From: an uncultured Fibrobacter sp.
GTDB taxonomy: Bacteria; Fibrobacterota; Fibrobacteria; Fibrobacterales; Fibrobacteraceae
Direction of reading: 5' to 3'
Assembly (NCBI GenBank): GCA_946402415.1
Contig: CAMIWK010000001.1
Location: 1 to 57,559, forward strand
Length of the DNA: 57,559 bases
In this document: piece after piece, positions 27,471 to 38,465 of the stretch
How positions within the stretch are numbered: position 1 is the first letter of the stretch
Layout of the letters: each line of letters begins with the position of its first letter
The notes under the pieces: generated by a model
Databases searched by the model: none
What the model was told of the DNA's origin: nothing
What the model saw: the letters and a program-made list of their open reading frames with translations, nothing else
Position numbers and translations under genes: made by a program

Positions 27471-28655
27471 ATGGATTTTCTTGAATTTTTGAACAAATCG
27501 GTTACGCCGTACCATACGGTAGAGTGTCTTAGGCAGTTTTTGGCTCCTGCTGGTGACAAAATAAGGCTTTTTGAGCGGGGTGGCGCCCTTATTGCGGTTA
27601 GGCCTCCTCAGACTGTAGGAGAGGAATCCAGATTCAGAATAGCCCTTGCCCATACGGACTACCCGACTCTGAAAATTACCCCCAATCCGGACTGTTCGGC
27701 GGCTGGGGTAAGGACGCTCCATCCTGAAATCTACGGAAGCCCCCTATTTACCAGCTGGCTTGACCGGGATCTTGGATATGCCGGTCTTTTGGCCTTTGAA
27801 CAGGATGGCAAGGTACAGACCATGCTGGTCCGTGGTGACAAGCTGTTCCGCATTCCGCAGCTGGCGGTTCATTTGAACCGTAATGTGAACCAGGAGGGCC
27901 TCAAGGTAAATCCCCAGACGGACCTGAACGTTTTATGGACTGCCGTGGGTGGGAAGGAGCGTTTTGTGGAGGCCTTGCAAGGGTCGCTGCCAGAAGGCGC
28001 CAGGCTTCTGGATTTCGATATTCAGCTGTTTGATGCTCAGCCCGCTCAATATGGCGGCTTTGAAAACGAATGGATTTATTCGGGAAGGCTTGACAACTTG
28101 AGCAGTTGCCATGCCATTGTGGAGGCCTTTGCTAAAGCGGAACCTTCGGAAAGGGATTTCCAGGTGGCAGCCTTCTTCAATAATGAAGAGGTGGGTTCTA
28201 CTACCCGTGAAGGCGCCGCAGGCAACTTCTTGAAGTCTGTAATAGATGAAGTGATAGGGTCGCGGGCCGCCCTTTCGGATTCCCTGGCCCTGTCCATTGA
28301 TATGGCCCATGCCTGCCATCCGAGCTTTGAGAACAAGCACGAGGGCAACCATGCCCCTGTTTTGGGCGGTGGTGTTGTGCTAAAGACCAATTCTCAAAAA
28401 AGATATGCCAGCGATGTGTATTCCAGCGCCCAGTTCAAGCTGCTGTGCGAACAAAGTAACATTCCGTATCAAACCTTTGTTTCCCGCAATGATATGCCCT
28501 GCGGCTCAACGGTAGGCCCTGCGGTTTCGGCGAGTCTCGGAATACCGACAGTAGATATCGGCGAACCCATGCTCAGCATGCATAGCATTCGTGAAATGAC
28601 AGCAGTAAAGGACCATCAGAAAATGACGGCCCTGGTGTCTGCGTTCTATTCGTAA
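27471..28655 (+). CDS. M18-family (aspartyl) aminopeptidase
   Basis: AHTDYP, SWLDRDL, IPQLAVHL, RLDNL, NEEVGS, DMAHACHP, CGSTVGP, SMHSIRE. Confidence 0.93.
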   Translation: MDFLEFLNKSVTPYHTVECLRQFLAPAGDKIRLFERGGALIAVRPPQTVGEESRFRIALAHTDYPTLKITPNPDCSAAGVRTLHPEIYGSPLFTSWLDRDLGYAGLLAFEQDGKVQTMLVRGDKLFRIPQLAVHLNRNVNQEGLKVNPQTDLNVLWTAVGGKERFVEALQGSLPEGARLLDFDIQLFDAQPAQYGGFENEWIYSGRLDNLSSCHAIVEAFAKAEPSERDFQVAAFFNNEEVGSTTREGAAGNFLKSVIDEVIGSRAALSDSLALSIDMAHACHPSFENKHEGNHAPVLGGGVVLKTNSQKRYASDVYSSAQFKLLCEQSNIPYQTFVSRNDMPCGSTVGPAVSASLGIPTVDIGEPMLSMHSIREMTAVKDHQKMTALVSAFYS

Positions 28656-28662
28656 CGTGGCT

Positions 28663-29703
28663 TTACGAAAGCCACTTGAGTAGGCGTATGACGCCCATCT
28701 TTGCACATTCGTTATGGGCCGATACGTTTGTCCGGTGTTCGATAGCCTTGCGGTTCTGGTGGTAGAATTCGTAGGCGCGGAGCAGCATTTCTTCGTTGGT
28801 CTTTGTCGGCTTGAACCCGAGCTCGCGCTTGACCTTGGATGTGTCAAAAACGAAGGTGCTGGCAATCATTTTATACTGGTAGGGGCCAAGCGGCGAGATG
28901 CCCAGCTTGCTTGCGAGCTTCATACAAGGGATGATAAACCACTTGGGGAAGTGGGCCAGTTTGGATTTGGACTTTCCGTGTTCAATGACGTAGCTGTATA
29001 CTTCGTTGAAGGTTTTGACGTTGTCTGAACCGATGTTGAAGACGGTGGTTCCCTGGTAGTTCAGCGCCAGTTCACAGGCGTTCGCGAGATCCTTGGCGTA
29101 AATGAATTGATAGTGGTTGTTTCCATCCCCCACCATCCAGAGCTTACGATTTTCGTCGATAAATTCAAAAAGAATGGAGAGTAGCCCGAGACGTCCTTCA
29201 TCCATGATGGTGGGGCACCGGAAGATGACGGAGTCAAGCTTGTCTTTGTGGGCGAAGAGTATCTTTTCGCCTTCTAGTTTAGATTTTCCGTAAATCTCAA
29301 TGGGGTTGGGTTCTTCGGCTTCGGTGACAGGGTTGTCGAAATTTTTTGCCCAGAGGCAGTTTGATGATGTGAAGACCAGCTTGTTCACGCCGTGGCGGAC
29401 ACAGGCGTCGGCGATAATCTCGGTGCCATCGACGTTTGAAGTCCACAGGTCATCGATTCGCTTGCGGTCATGGGCTAGCATGGCGGCTAGGTGGAAGACG
29501 GCATCGAACTTGCTTTCGCTAAAAATTTTTTCCACTTGTTCCTTGTCGCGGATGTCTCCCAAGATGCTGACTAGGTTCTCATGCTTGTCGGGGTCGGGAC
29601 AAAGGTCGATGCTTACGCACTTGTGGCCTTTTGCGAGAAGTTCTTTCTTGAGAATGGAACCGAAGAATCCGGCACCGCCGGTAATCAGGAAACAAGACAT
29701 CAT
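28663..29703 (-). CDS. NAD-dependent epimerase/dehydratase (extended SDR)
   Basis: ITGGAGFFG, HLAA, TSS, YGKSK. Confidence 0.9.
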   Translation of the reverse strand: MMSCFLITGGAGFFGSILKKELLAKGHKCVSIDLCPDPDKHENLVSILGDIRDKEQVEKIFSESKFDAVFHLAAMLAHDRKRIDDLWTSNVDGTEIIADACVRHGVNKLVFTSSNCLWAKNFDNPVTEAEEPNPIEIYGKSKLEGEKILFAHKDKLDSVIFRCPTIMDEGRLGLLSILFEFIDENRKLWMVGDGNNHYQFIYAKDLANACELALNYQGTTVFNIGSDNVKTFNEVYSYVIEHGKSKSKLAHFPKWFIIPCMKLASKLGISPLGPYQYKMIASTFVFDTSKVKRELGFKPTKTNEEMLLRAYEFYHQNRKAIEHRTNVSAHNECAKMGVIRLLKWLS

Positions 29704-29751
29704 TTACACCTTACGATATAGCGTTTGGCTAAAATTACTAACTTTTTTTCG

Positions 29752-30231
29752 ATGGATTTAGATAATTCCATATTGGGTAAGATTAAATCGATGCTCCCGA
29801 GCCGACAAGGAATAGTTGGGCAGTTTTTACGGTACTTTGTGACAGGTGGTCTTGCCTTTGTGGTGGACTTTGGGGCCTTTGCCCTTGCCCTCTACTATTT
29901 TGACATCCACTATCTTATCTCTAACTTGATTGGTCTTGCTGCAGGGAATGTGGTCAATTACCTTTTGACTATTCGGTGGGTTTTCAGTACAGAAAAACGG
30001 AAGATGGAAAAATATGTCTTTCTGGAAGTTACTGTTTTTGTCTTGATTAGCCTCTTCGGAATGGGTCTGAACGAGTTGCTGATGTATATTTTTGTCGGGA
30101 TTCTCCTTATTCAGGAAATGGTATCCAAGGTTGTTGCCGCGATAATCGTACTCCTGTATAATTTTCTCGCGAGGAAGTTTATTCTGTTTAGATCGGGAAA
30201 TAAAAAGTCTGATCTCCAAGGAGCTTTATGA
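29752..30231 (+). CDS. GtrA-family polyprenyl-phosphate-sugar flippase
   Basis: [32 protein letters not shown]...[11 protein letters not shown]; four TM helices. Start uncertain (29752 or 29791). Confidence 0.88.
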   Translation: MDLDNSILGKIKSMLPSRQGIVGQFLRYFVTGGLAFVVDFGAFALALYYFDIHYLISNLIGLAAGNVVNYLLTIRWVFSTEKRKMEKYVFLEVTVFVLISLFGMGLNELLMYIFVGILLIQEMVSKVVAAIIVLLYNFLARKFILFRSGNKKSDLQGAL

Positions 30232-31853
30232 GCGAAAAGAGAAAAATTGCGGTCATTGCCGGTGCAGGTCCTGCAGGCCTTACCGCCGCTCTGGAACTGT
30301 TGCGCACAACGGATGTGAAGCCCGTAATTTTTGAAGCGGAAGATGTCATCGGGGGAATTTCCCGTACGGCACGCTACAACGGCAACCGCATGGATATTGG
30401 CGGCCACCGCTTCTTCAGCAAGAGCGATACGGTAATGGACTGGTGGCAGGGAATTTTGCCTCTGCAAGGTTCTGCAAGCAAGGATGACATCGCTATCGGG
30501 CGCAGCGTTCCGCTGGTCACCGGCGGCCCCGATCCCGAGAAGACGGATTACGTGATGCTTTGCCGTAGCCGCCTTTCCCGAATCCTCTTTTTGCGAAAGC
30601 TTTTCAATTACCCGGTAAGCCTGAATGGCGACACCATCCGGAACTTGGGTCTCTGGCGTATGTTCAAGATAGGCGTAAGCTACCTCAAGGTGCAGCTGTT
30701 GCCCGCCCGCAAGGAAAAGAGCCTCGAAGACTTTATGATTAACCGTTTTGGCGTGGAACTCTACCGCACTTTTTTCCGGGACTACACCGAGAAGGTGTGG
30801 GGCGTACCCTGTAGCAAGATCAGCCCCGATTGGGGTGGCCAGCGCATCAAGGGACTTTCCATCACAAAGACGGTGGTGCACGCGCTTAAGCAGATTTTCG
30901 CCAGCAAAAAGAAAAAAGCGAATGGTGCCGAAGGTGCGGATATTCGCCAGAAGGATACCGAGACAAGCCTTATCGGGCAGTTCCTGTACCCGAAATTCGG
31001 CCCTGGCCAGCTCTGGGAAACGGTGGCCGAGAAGGTGCAGCAGCAGGGCGGCGAAATCCATATGAAGGCGAAGGTCATCGGTGTGGAGCGATCTGCCGAC
31101 GGAAAGCGGGTGGAAAGCGTTGTCGTGGACTCCGGGAATTCCACCGAAACCATACCCTGCGACTATTTCCTCAGCACCATGCCGGTGAAGGAACTTGTGG
31201 CTGCTATGGACAACGGGAAGAACCCCGTGCCGGCAGAAGTCAAGCGCGTTGCCGACGGTCTCGTGTACCGCGACTTTATTACCGTGGGCCTGCTTCTGGA
31301 CAAGCTTTTGATCAAGAACCCCGCAAAGCCCGGCACTCCCGAAAGCAAGCTCAAGTTTGTGGCCGACAACTGGATTTATGTTCAGGAATCCGACGTGAAG
31401 CTGGGCCGTATCCAGATTTTCAACAATTGGAGTCCCTACCTGGTAGCAGACCCGGAGAAGGTTTGGATTGGCCTTGAATATTTCGCTACCGAGGGCGACG
31501 AGATGTGGCGTATGCCCGACAAGGACTTCATCAAGTTCGCCATTGCGGAGCTGGACAAGATTGATGTGGCAAGGCCCGATGCGGTGCGGGATTCCGTGGT
31601 GTTCCACATCAAGAAGGCATACCCCGCCTATTTCGGTACCTACGGCGAGTTTAGCAGGATTCGTGAGTACGTGGACCCGGTGGAGAATCTATTCCTGATG
31701 GGTCGCAACGGTATGCACAAATACAACAATATGGACCATAGCATGCTTGCCGCTATGGAGGTGGTAAAGTGTATCCGCGAGAATTCTACGGACAAGACGG
31801 CCCTCTGGAACGTAAACAGCGAAGAAGATTACCACGAAGGGAAAAATGCCTAG
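30228..31853 (+). CDS. FAD-dependent oxidoreductase of the amine-oxidase/UDP-galactopyranose-mutase-like family found in glycan loci
   Basis: [48 protein letters not shown]. Confidence 0.85.
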   Translation: MSEKRKIAVIAGAGPAGLTAALELLRTTDVKPVIFEAEDVIGGISRTARYNGNRMDIGGHRFFSKSDTVMDWWQGILPLQGSASKDDIAIGRSVPLVTGGPDPEKTDYVMLCRSRLSRILFLRKLFNYPVSLNGDTIRNLGLWRMFKIGVSYLKVQLLPARKEKSLEDFMINRFGVELYRTFFRDYTEKVWGVPCSKISPDWGGQRIKGLSITKTVVHALKQIFASKKKKANGAEGADIRQKDTETSLIGQFLYPKFGPGQLWETVAEKVQQQGGEIHMKAKVIGVERSADGKRVESVVVDSGNSTETIPCDYFLSTMPVKELVAAMDNGKNPVPAEVKRVADGLVYRDFITVGLLLDKLLIKNPAKPGTPESKLKFVADNWIYVQESDVKLGRIQIFNNWSPYLVADPEKVWIGLEYFATEGDEMWRMPDKDFIKFAIAELDKIDVARPDAVRDSVVFHIKKAYPAYFGTYGEFSRIREYVDPVENLFLMGRNGMHKYNNMDHSMLAAMEVVKCIRENSTDKTALWNVNSEEDYHEGKNA

Positions 31854-33594
31854 AAAGATTTTAAAGTATAGGGAATTATTTCTGCTGCTGGGGGCGTTGG
31901 CCATAGCGGTCGTTTATTGGCTTCTTTGCCCCAAGACAGATAATGTAGTCTTGCATAGGAATGGCGAAAACAAAGAGGTGTCTTCGCTGGTAAGTATCCC
32001 TATGCATAAGGGCGAGGTCTTTGGTGTTGAAATGGATGTGGACGCCGGCGCTGTCAAGACATTTGATATGGAAATACATCCGGATGATTGCGTTCTCTCC
32101 TTTTCTATCAACGGAACAAAGATTCCTTTCGAGAAATATCCGGGACATTGTGATTTCGGCAAGGGATTCGTTTTATCCAGTTCCGAAATACATAAGCATT
32201 TAGGCTCGAACACGTCGAAATATCATTTAGACTTGTCCATTCGGAATAAAGGTGGGCTTGGGGGAATGAATTTTGAATTTCATCCGAAGAGCGTTTTGTT
32301 TACCGTTCTTTCCGTGGCGTTTTTCCTTTTGGTGGGCTGCAGCATTTTCCTTTTTGGAATGAGGTTCAATATTGACCGGCGCTTACTGATAATTTTCTTG
32401 TTGGGCATGTTTATACGGGTGGTCTATACGCAGGAAACGGCGTACAATGAGCGTAGCCATGACGTAGAGGCCCATGCCAAGTATATTGAAATTATTGCGA
32501 TGGATCATCACATTCCCAAATCCGATGAATGCTTTGTATGCTACCATCCGCCGGTGTACCACGCCATTAGTGCCGGTTTCTGGAATGTTTCTCGCTGGCT
32601 TAGTCTCGATTCGCTAAGGGTCGTGATGTGGTTTGACTTCTTTGTTTCCCTAGTGGCCTTGGCCTTTGGCATGGCCTGCATTCGGGAGAGCCTTTGGGGA
32701 GGGACCCGCTATATTGCGGCTCTGTTGTGGAGTCTTTGGCCGGGCTTTATCCTAGCGTCTCCAAGAATAGGCAACGATGTCCTCTTTTGCGCTATGCATG
32801 TTGTTGCCTTGTGGGCGTGCATTTGCTACCTCAAGACAAATAAGGGCAAATACCTTTTAACGTCGGTAATTGTGGCCGCAATAGCCTATTGGGTTAAATC
32901 AACTGCGGCCATTACCTTTGGAATTGTCGTTTTCTCCATCCTCATGAGCGCCATTCCGAGAGTGAGAAAGGGCCTTTCAAGGCTGGAATGGGTTTCTATA
33001 GGAATCTTTGTGATTACTGGCCTTATTGTCGTGTTCCGCGTAGCCACTGCCAGTGTGGTAGGAAACGTTAACGAAGTGGATGTGAATAGCGTGGTCTACG
33101 TCAATAACAGTCCTGGAAATTTCCTGTTTTTTGACATTCGTTCGTTCTTGACGAATCCCTACACTAGTCCATGGAACGACGCATTGGGTCGCCAGTTCTT
33201 TTGGAATTACCTTGCCAAGACATCGTTGTTTGGGGAATTCCGCCTGTTGACTACTCCTGCAGGGAATTGGCTCGCCACCCTCATAAGCGCCAGCTTCCTT
33301 GCCTTGCTTGGTTTTGGGATTCGAGGTCTGAGCAAACTTAAATTGAGCAAGATCAACGTTCTGCTCGTTGCTCAGGCAATATTCTTCTTTGCGGCTGTCT
33401 TTGCCTTGCGCATCCAAATTCCCTACTCGTGCAGTAACGATTTCCGCTTTATTATTCCGGTCTTGCTGAGTTGCCTACCTTGGGTTGCCACCGGCATAAG
33501 CGGAGAGGGGACGTCCCTGAAAATAAGGGCGCTTGGCGGCATTACGGTGGCCGTCTTTGTTGTGTGCTCGTCTTTGCTGATGTTGAGCCTGTAG
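31846..33594 (+). CDS. GT-C fold (ArnT/PMT-like) glycosyltransferase with an N-terminal extracytoplasmic beta domain
   Basis: Multi-TM; RSHDVEAH loop after the first TMs; YHPPVYH; IGND; K in WVKST. Confidence 0.7.
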   Translation: MPRKILKYRELFLLLGALAIAVVYWLLCPKTDNVVLHRNGENKEVSSLVSIPMHKGEVFGVEMDVDAGAVKTFDMEIHPDDCVLSFSINGTKIPFEKYPGHCDFGKGFVLSSSEIHKHLGSNTSKYHLDLSIRNKGGLGGMNFEFHPKSVLFTVLSVAFFLLVGCSIFLFGMRFNIDRRLLIIFLLGMFIRVVYTQETAYNERSHDVEAHAKYIEIIAMDHHIPKSDECFVCYHPPVYHAISAGFWNVSRWLSLDSLRVVMWFDFFVSLVALAFGMACIRESLWGGTRYIAALLWSLWPGFILASPRIGNDVLFCAMHVVALWACICYLKTNKGKYLLTSVIVAAIAYWVKSTAAITFGIVVFSILMSAIPRVRKGLSRLEWVSIGIFVITGLIVVFRVATASVVGNVNEVDVNSVVYVNNSPGNFLFFDIRSFLTNPYTSPWNDALGRQFFWNYLAKTSLFGEFRLLTTPAGNWLATLISASFLALLGFGIRGLSKLKLSKINVLLVAQAIFFFAAVFALRIQIPYSCSNDFRFIIPVLLSCLPWVATGISGEGTSLKIRALGGITVAVFVVCSSLLMLSL

Positions 33595-33598
33595 TCGG

Positions 33599-35128
33599 CT
33601 AGTCTTTGTAGCCGACTACGTAATCCCCGGAGATTTTCACCTGGTATCCCAGCTTCCGTAGCAGGGATGAGCGATCATCCTTGTTTTCTAGCAGGTAAAC
33701 GTGATTGTGGCGAGAGGGAATAATCCTGTCGGTGAAAATGTATTTGTCAAAGGAAGACACGTACAGGAAGGCGCTGGGAAAATTCGTGTATTTAACTGTC
33801 GAAAGATAGGATTCCAGATCGACTTTCCCGAAGAATAGAATTCGTGGGTAGCTGGTGCCGGGATCCACGACAATTCGGGTATTATCGGGGGCCTTTGAAG
33901 AGGCCAGTTCTACAGCTTTTTCCAGACCGTTGCAAAAATTATGCCCGATGGCTTCTTTGTAAATGGTGAAGTAGTTCTTTTCAAAGCCTGCAAAACAGAG
34001 AAGGTAGGCTACAAGAGGAATAATGATGGTTTTAGGGTGTATGTAGTTGAACGTAAGGAGTATCCCCTGCATGGCAAGGATAACCATAGGAATAAAAAGC
34101 AGGTTTACTCGGTTGATGTTCACGTGTATGAGGGCACCGATAGAAAAACCTGCCAATAGCCAGATAAGGACAAAAACGTTCAGACCGAGTTTACGGTGAC
34201 GTATGTCCAGGATGGCGTACCTAAGCGAAGCAATAAACCCGACAATGAAAAAGGGAAGCGTCGCCTCGTAGAAGATTCCGTATCCTCTAATCTGGTTCCA
34301 AGGAAGTCCATCGCTTTGTGTTCGGAGGATATTCCAGAGGTTTGCAATGTTTTCAGGTATGCCCCTGAACGAGATTTCGCTGTCCCGCAGATAGACAAGC
34401 TTGGGGATACTCAGGAATGGCAGGCGGATTTCGGCGATGATTCCCTTGTTGACCATCAGGAAAAGGGCCAGTGGCAAGGCAAGCACGACGAGGATGCCCA
34501 AGGAAATCCAGAGATACCTGTTCTTTTTCAGGGAGCGGGTCCATATGGCGTAAAGGACGCTTGCGAGAATGATAAAGGGAACGGCGGTCCAGATGGTGGC
34601 GTAGGCGTACAGGGAGAGCCCGTAACAAAGTGCCGAGGGTATTAAAAACTTGGGCTTGTCGAGCCCCTTTATAAAAAAGAACAAACCGAACAGGACAAAT
34701 CCGGGGGCCAGATTAGATTCGAGGGCCCATCGTGAAAGCATAATATGCCAGGGGCAAATGGCAAGGAAAAGGAGCGTAGCGAGGGCTGTTTTTTTATCGG
34801 AGAAATGCAGTACCATCTTGTATAGGGCTACAAGGGAGAGTATTCCCACGATGACCATAGGCAAACGGATTGCCCAAACCTTCAACCCGAACAGAGCGAC
34901 AAAGGGAATCATCAGGTAGGATTCCAGGGCGTTCATGCCGGAACCCCATGCCGTAAGATAAACGGGCATCCGATATCCGAAGGAATCGGTGGCGTGATGC
35001 ATCAGCGTCCATGCGTTGTAACCAGCAAAGGCTTCATCCTGGTTGATATCCCCCGGAACTTCGCCGAACATAAATGTTCGGGCGAAAATGCCGATAAGTA
35101 GAATAATCCAGAACGGCAGGTGACGCAT
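33599..35128 (-). CDS. ArnT/GT39-like GT-C glycosyltransferase
   Basis: NQDEA after TM1, AIRLP, PWHIMLSRWALE; many TMs. Confidence 0.85.
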   Translation of the reverse strand: MRHLPFWIILLIGIFARTFMFGEVPGDINQDEAFAGYNAWTLMHHATDSFGYRMPVYLTAWGSGMNALESYLMIPFVALFGLKVWAIRLPMVIVGILSLVALYKMVLHFSDKKTALATLLFLAICPWHIMLSRWALESNLAPGFVLFGLFFFIKGLDKPKFLIPSALCYGLSLYAYATIWTAVPFIILASVLYAIWTRSLKKNRYLWISLGILVVLALPLALFLMVNKGIIAEIRLPFLSIPKLVYLRDSEISFRGIPENIANLWNILRTQSDGLPWNQIRGYGIFYEATLPFFIVGFIASLRYAILDIRHRKLGLNVFVLIWLLAGFSIGALIHVNINRVNLLFIPMVILAMQGILLTFNYIHPKTIIIPLVAYLLCFAGFEKNYFTIYKEAIGHNFCNGLEKAVELASSKAPDNTRIVVDPGTSYPRILFFGKVDLESYLSTVKYTNFPSAFLYVSSFDKYIFTDRIIPSRHNHVYLLENKDDRSSLLRKLGYQVKISGDYVVGYKD

Positions 35129-35130
35129 AG

Positions 35131-36867
35131 CTATTTCTTTAGCGTGAGAATCGGGTTCAGCCAGTCGGCGTGGTCGTAGGAATTTTCACCATTCGCGTCT
35201 ATTTCCAGAATGATGTGGTCAAGTCCGGAAACATCGACCTTGCCGGGGATGGGTGGCATACTGCCGCGGACAACGCCACTAGACCAGAGTTCCTTCTCTT
35301 CAGATTTGACTATGAACTTTACGTTTCCGCCGCCTGAAACTTCGTCATCGACACCTACGAGGAACTTGAGGCTCTTGGCATTGTTGGGCAAGTAGAAAAA
35401 CAATTCGGAGTGGGCGTGGGAACCGATACCATGGGTGTATTGGCGGTTCTTGACGGTAAGGGTTTTACCTTCGACGCTCCTGTTGATTCGGGGAGTCTTG
35501 TACTCCTGGGTAAAGTGATCTATTGAAATATCGGTCAGGTAGATCTGGTTGTCCATCAGTTCCTGTTCTAGCGGCATGGCGTCTTTTATGTTGCACGAAA
35601 GTTCCAGGACCAGGATGACACTCAGCAGAACGTAGGGCGCAAAGCCGGGAATGGAAATTTTGGAAATTAGGGATGCGACAAACGGGAGTAGCCGCGGTGC
35701 CAGTGTGTGGATGACGGCAGCGATAAAGAGGATTACGGCGATCCAGGATACCCAAGGCCAAAGGTCACCCCCGTGGAACCCGTTGATAATGGAGATGTTC
35801 ATGGCGCATAGGGTGGTGATGGATACGGCCCATAGCCATGCCTTACGAGAATTTAGGGCGAGCCAGATACATGCGAAGGGAACCGCGTAGAGAAGATAGC
35901 GCTCGTGCATTCCGGGCAATACCAGGAAAAAGGCGAAGGCACTCCATGTGGCAAGTTCAAAAGTCCGGTGAAGTGTTTTGGTGAACAGGGCGCATTTCAA
36001 GATATAGAGGGAAATAATGACAAAGAGGATTTTGCCAATCCAGGCGGGAGAAAGCAAGAAGCCGATACCGTCGGGTGAAAGGTTGAAAAATGGAGTGGTG
36101 TCATGACTCAGATTTCCGACCGTAAGCATCCAGAGGTTTGCGGCGTTGTAGGTCGCGAAGGGGTACTGGCTTGTCGTATTGACGTACGCCCTGGATAGCA
36201 TACCGGACAGGTTCCCAGAAATGATGAAGGGCAAGAAAACGAGGGCTATCGCTATGGCCATTCCGGGGAGCCCCTTCCAAGATACCTTGTAGCGGCGGAT
36301 GAATATCCCACCGAATACGGGAAGCAGAAGGATCATCTGGAATTTTGCGAGGAGCGCCAGGGCAAAGAATAGGGAGGCGTACTTGATTTTGCGATTGAAG
36401 TTGATGCAATAGAGGGCTGCGACTCCGAATATACAGGGGAACAAGTCAACTTGCCCCCATATGGGACCGTCCAGTAAAAGGGCTGGGTTCAGGGCTATCA
36501 GCGCGAGTATAAAGTGTGCCTTGAAGGGCTCGATATTTGTCCTTGCTACAATTCTGCTTATAAGGTCCACAAGTCCGAGATGGGCAAAATAGATGGGCCA
36601 TAGGCAAAGGAATTTCAGCATGAATGTCTTGTCGACGGGAATATCGGCAAGGACGTATATCTTAGATACGATCCAAAGCCAGAAAACATAGAGGGGCGGG
36701 TAGTTCCCGTTGAATCTTTCAAAACCGCCATTGGCCAATTTTTGAATCCAGTCTGCCCAATAGCCCTGGTCTCCGCCAAAGGCGGAGGCGTTTGTACAAA
36801 GCAGATTGGCGAAAAGGCAAATGCTTCCCCAAATTAAGAAGAAGGAGGTTGCTTTATTGTTTTTCAT
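35131..36867 (-). CDS. GT-C glycosyltransferase (GT87/DUF2029-like) fused to a C-terminal NPCBM/NEW2 domain
   Basis: NYPPLY, LNPA...WGQVD, KFQ, MHERY; C-terminal GIGSHAHS, VGVDD, DHADW. Confidence 0.8.
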   Translation of the reverse strand: MKNNKATSFFLIWGSICLFANLLCTNASAFGGDQGYWADWIQKLANGGFERFNGNYPPLYVFWLWIVSKIYVLADIPVDKTFMLKFLCLWPIYFAHLGLVDLISRIVARTNIEPFKAHFILALIALNPALLLDGPIWGQVDLFPCIFGVAALYCINFNRKIKYASLFFALALLAKFQMILLLPVFGGIFIRRYKVSWKGLPGMAIAIALVFLPFIISGNLSGMLSRAYVNTTSQYPFATYNAANLWMLTVGNLSHDTTPFFNLSPDGIGFLLSPAWIGKILFVIISLYILKCALFTKTLHRTFELATWSAFAFFLVLPGMHERYLLYAVPFACIWLALNSRKAWLWAVSITTLCAMNISIINGFHGGDLWPWVSWIAVILFIAAVIHTLAPRLLPFVASLISKISIPGFAPYVLLSVILVLELSCNIKDAMPLEQELMDNQIYLTDISIDHFTQEYKTPRINRSVEGKTLTVKNRQYTHGIGSHAHSELFFYLPNNAKSLKFLVGVDDEVSGGGNVKFIVKSEEKELWSSGVVRGSMPPIPGKVDVSGLDHIILEIDANGENSYDHADWLNPILTLKK

Positions 36868-37006
36868 GAGTTATAGACATATGGGGTTTTGCTGTAGATT
36901 GATAAGTTAATAATATTTTGGTAATGGTAAGCCTTTTTCTTTTAAAAATAGGTTTTTGGGGGTGCTTTTTTGTATATTCTAGGAACTTGAAGGCGAAGGC
37001 TCAAAG

Positions 37007-37744
37007 ATGCGTTTTTTTGTGATTGTGGTATGTGTGCTGTCGGCGGTCTTGTGGGCAAGGCCGATAAACGACGGCAATAAACTGTTCAAGAACGGCGATT
37101 ACGCTGGAGCTCTGGCTCAGTATATGAAGGCCCGCGAGGCGGAGCCTGCAAATCCGCTTCTGTTCTACAATATCGGAACTTGCCAGTATAAGCTGGGCAA
37201 CTACGATGAGGCCAAGAAAGAGTTGGAAAGCGCCGTACGTATGCCTGACAAGAAAATGGCGGCAAAGGCGGCCTATAATCTGGCCAATACCCATTTTCGC
37301 ATAGGTGAAAAGTCCTCGGAAGGTAGCGAACGCATTGCCGCCTGGCGAGAATCAGTGGCCTATCTGAAGAAGGCTATAGACCTAGATAACGGTTTCGAAA
37401 ATGCCAAGAAAAATGTGGAGATTGTTCAGCGCAAGCTGAAAGAGGAACTGGATAAGCAGAAGCAGAACCAGGAACAGAATCAGGACCAGGACAACGACCA
37501 GAAACAGCCTCCCCTAAGCGAAAAGGCTAAGGAAGTTCTGGCTCGGGCATTGCAGCTTTGTAAAGACGGCAAGTACGCCGAAGCAAAGGAAATGCTGGAA
37601 AACCTGATTGCCGAAGATGAGACGGCAGGCCAGCTCAGCGGCCACGTGCAGCGCATTGACGATGTGATTGAGATCAAGGCTGGACGCAAGCCCAAGGCAA
37701 AGATTGACGCCAGCAACACCGACAACGACCTGGAGGTAATCTGA
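37007..37744 (+). CDS. BatC-like TPR protein
   Basis: Signal peptide; GNKLFKNGDYAGALAQY, YNIG, AAYNLAN, AKKNVE; Q/D/N-rich linker. Confidence 0.75.
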   Translation: MRFFVIVVCVLSAVLWARPINDGNKLFKNGDYAGALAQYMKAREAEPANPLLFYNIGTCQYKLGNYDEAKKELESAVRMPDKKMAAKAAYNLANTHFRIGEKSSEGSERIAAWRESVAYLKKAIDLDNGFENAKKNVEIVQRKLKEELDKQKQNQEQNQDQDNDQKQPPLSEKAKEVLARALQLCKDGKYAEAKEMLENLIAEDETAGQLSGHVQRIDDVIEIKAGRKPKAKIDASNTDNDLEVI

Positions 37745-38433
37745 TGATGAGACAACGAGTGTCAGATTACAAGCGGTTGTCACCCTGGAGCAAAGCGATA
37801 GGGTCCATTGTTATGATTTTGGTGTTGTCTGTCGCCGCCTTCGCTGCCCCCAAGAGCGCCAGCGCCTACTACAGCGATGCCGCCTTCCAGTATATTGAAA
37901 ATCGTTTGCCTTCTGCAGAGATTACTTGTAACGAAGGCCTGCAATATTACCCTAATGATCAAAAATTGCAGATGCTCCTAGACCGTATTCACGAGGCCAA
38001 GGACGAGCAGAAAAACGAGAACAAGAAGAACGACAAGAACCAGGATAACAACCAGGACCAGAACCAAGATCAAAATCAGGATCAGAACAAGGATGATGGC
38101 CAGAGTTCTTCTAGCGGCGAAGACCAGAATCAGGATCAGCAGAATGGTCAGGACGGTCAGTCCAGCAGCTCGGATGCGGGAAGCTCCGATAGCGAGGGCG
38201 GTGCCGGTGAACAGCCCGAACAGCAGCCCGAACAACCGGAGGAAAACTCCAGCGATAGTGAGGGCGATTCCTCTAATGACGGTGGTGAGGAGCCCGAGGA
38301 GCAGCCTGTGCCCATGGGTGAGATGAGCCCCGAAGAGGCTGCCCAGTTGCTAAAAGATTTTGACGAACAGAACGGCGAACGTAAACCCTGGAAACCCATT
38401 CGCGGCCAGGCCAGACCCGCTAAGGACTGGTAA
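37744..38433 (+). CDS. BatC C-terminal-like protein with a Q/D/N/S/E low-complexity linker
   Basis: Signal-like helix, one TPR-like unit, (QDQN)n repeats, C-terminal MSPEEAAQLL...KDW. Confidence 0.65.
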   Translation: MMRQRVSDYKRLSPWSKAIGSIVMILVLSVAAFAAPKSASAYYSDAAFQYIENRLPSAEITCNEGLQYYPNDQKLQMLLDRIHEAKDEQKNENKKNDKNQDNNQDQNQDQNQDQNKDDGQSSSSGEDQNQDQQNGQDGQSSSSDAGSSDSEGGAGEQPEQQPEQPEENSSDSEGDSSNDGGEEPEEQPVPMGEMSPEEAAQLLKDFDEQNGERKPWKPIRGQARPAKDW

Positions 38434-38457
38434 GGTGAAGCGCAAGGACTGGTAAGG
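38422..38457 (+). repeat. 14-bp direct repeat AAGGACTGGTAAGG
   Basis: Copies at 38422-38435 and 38444-38457; duplicates the KDW-stop end of the upstream gene. Confidence 0.9.
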
Positions 38458-38465
38458 ATGCTTAT

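Noticed and set aside
38029-38160. CAGGATCAGAAC-like 12-bp repeats as a non-coding array
   Set aside because: They are in frame and encode the QDQN linker of the BatC-like protein.
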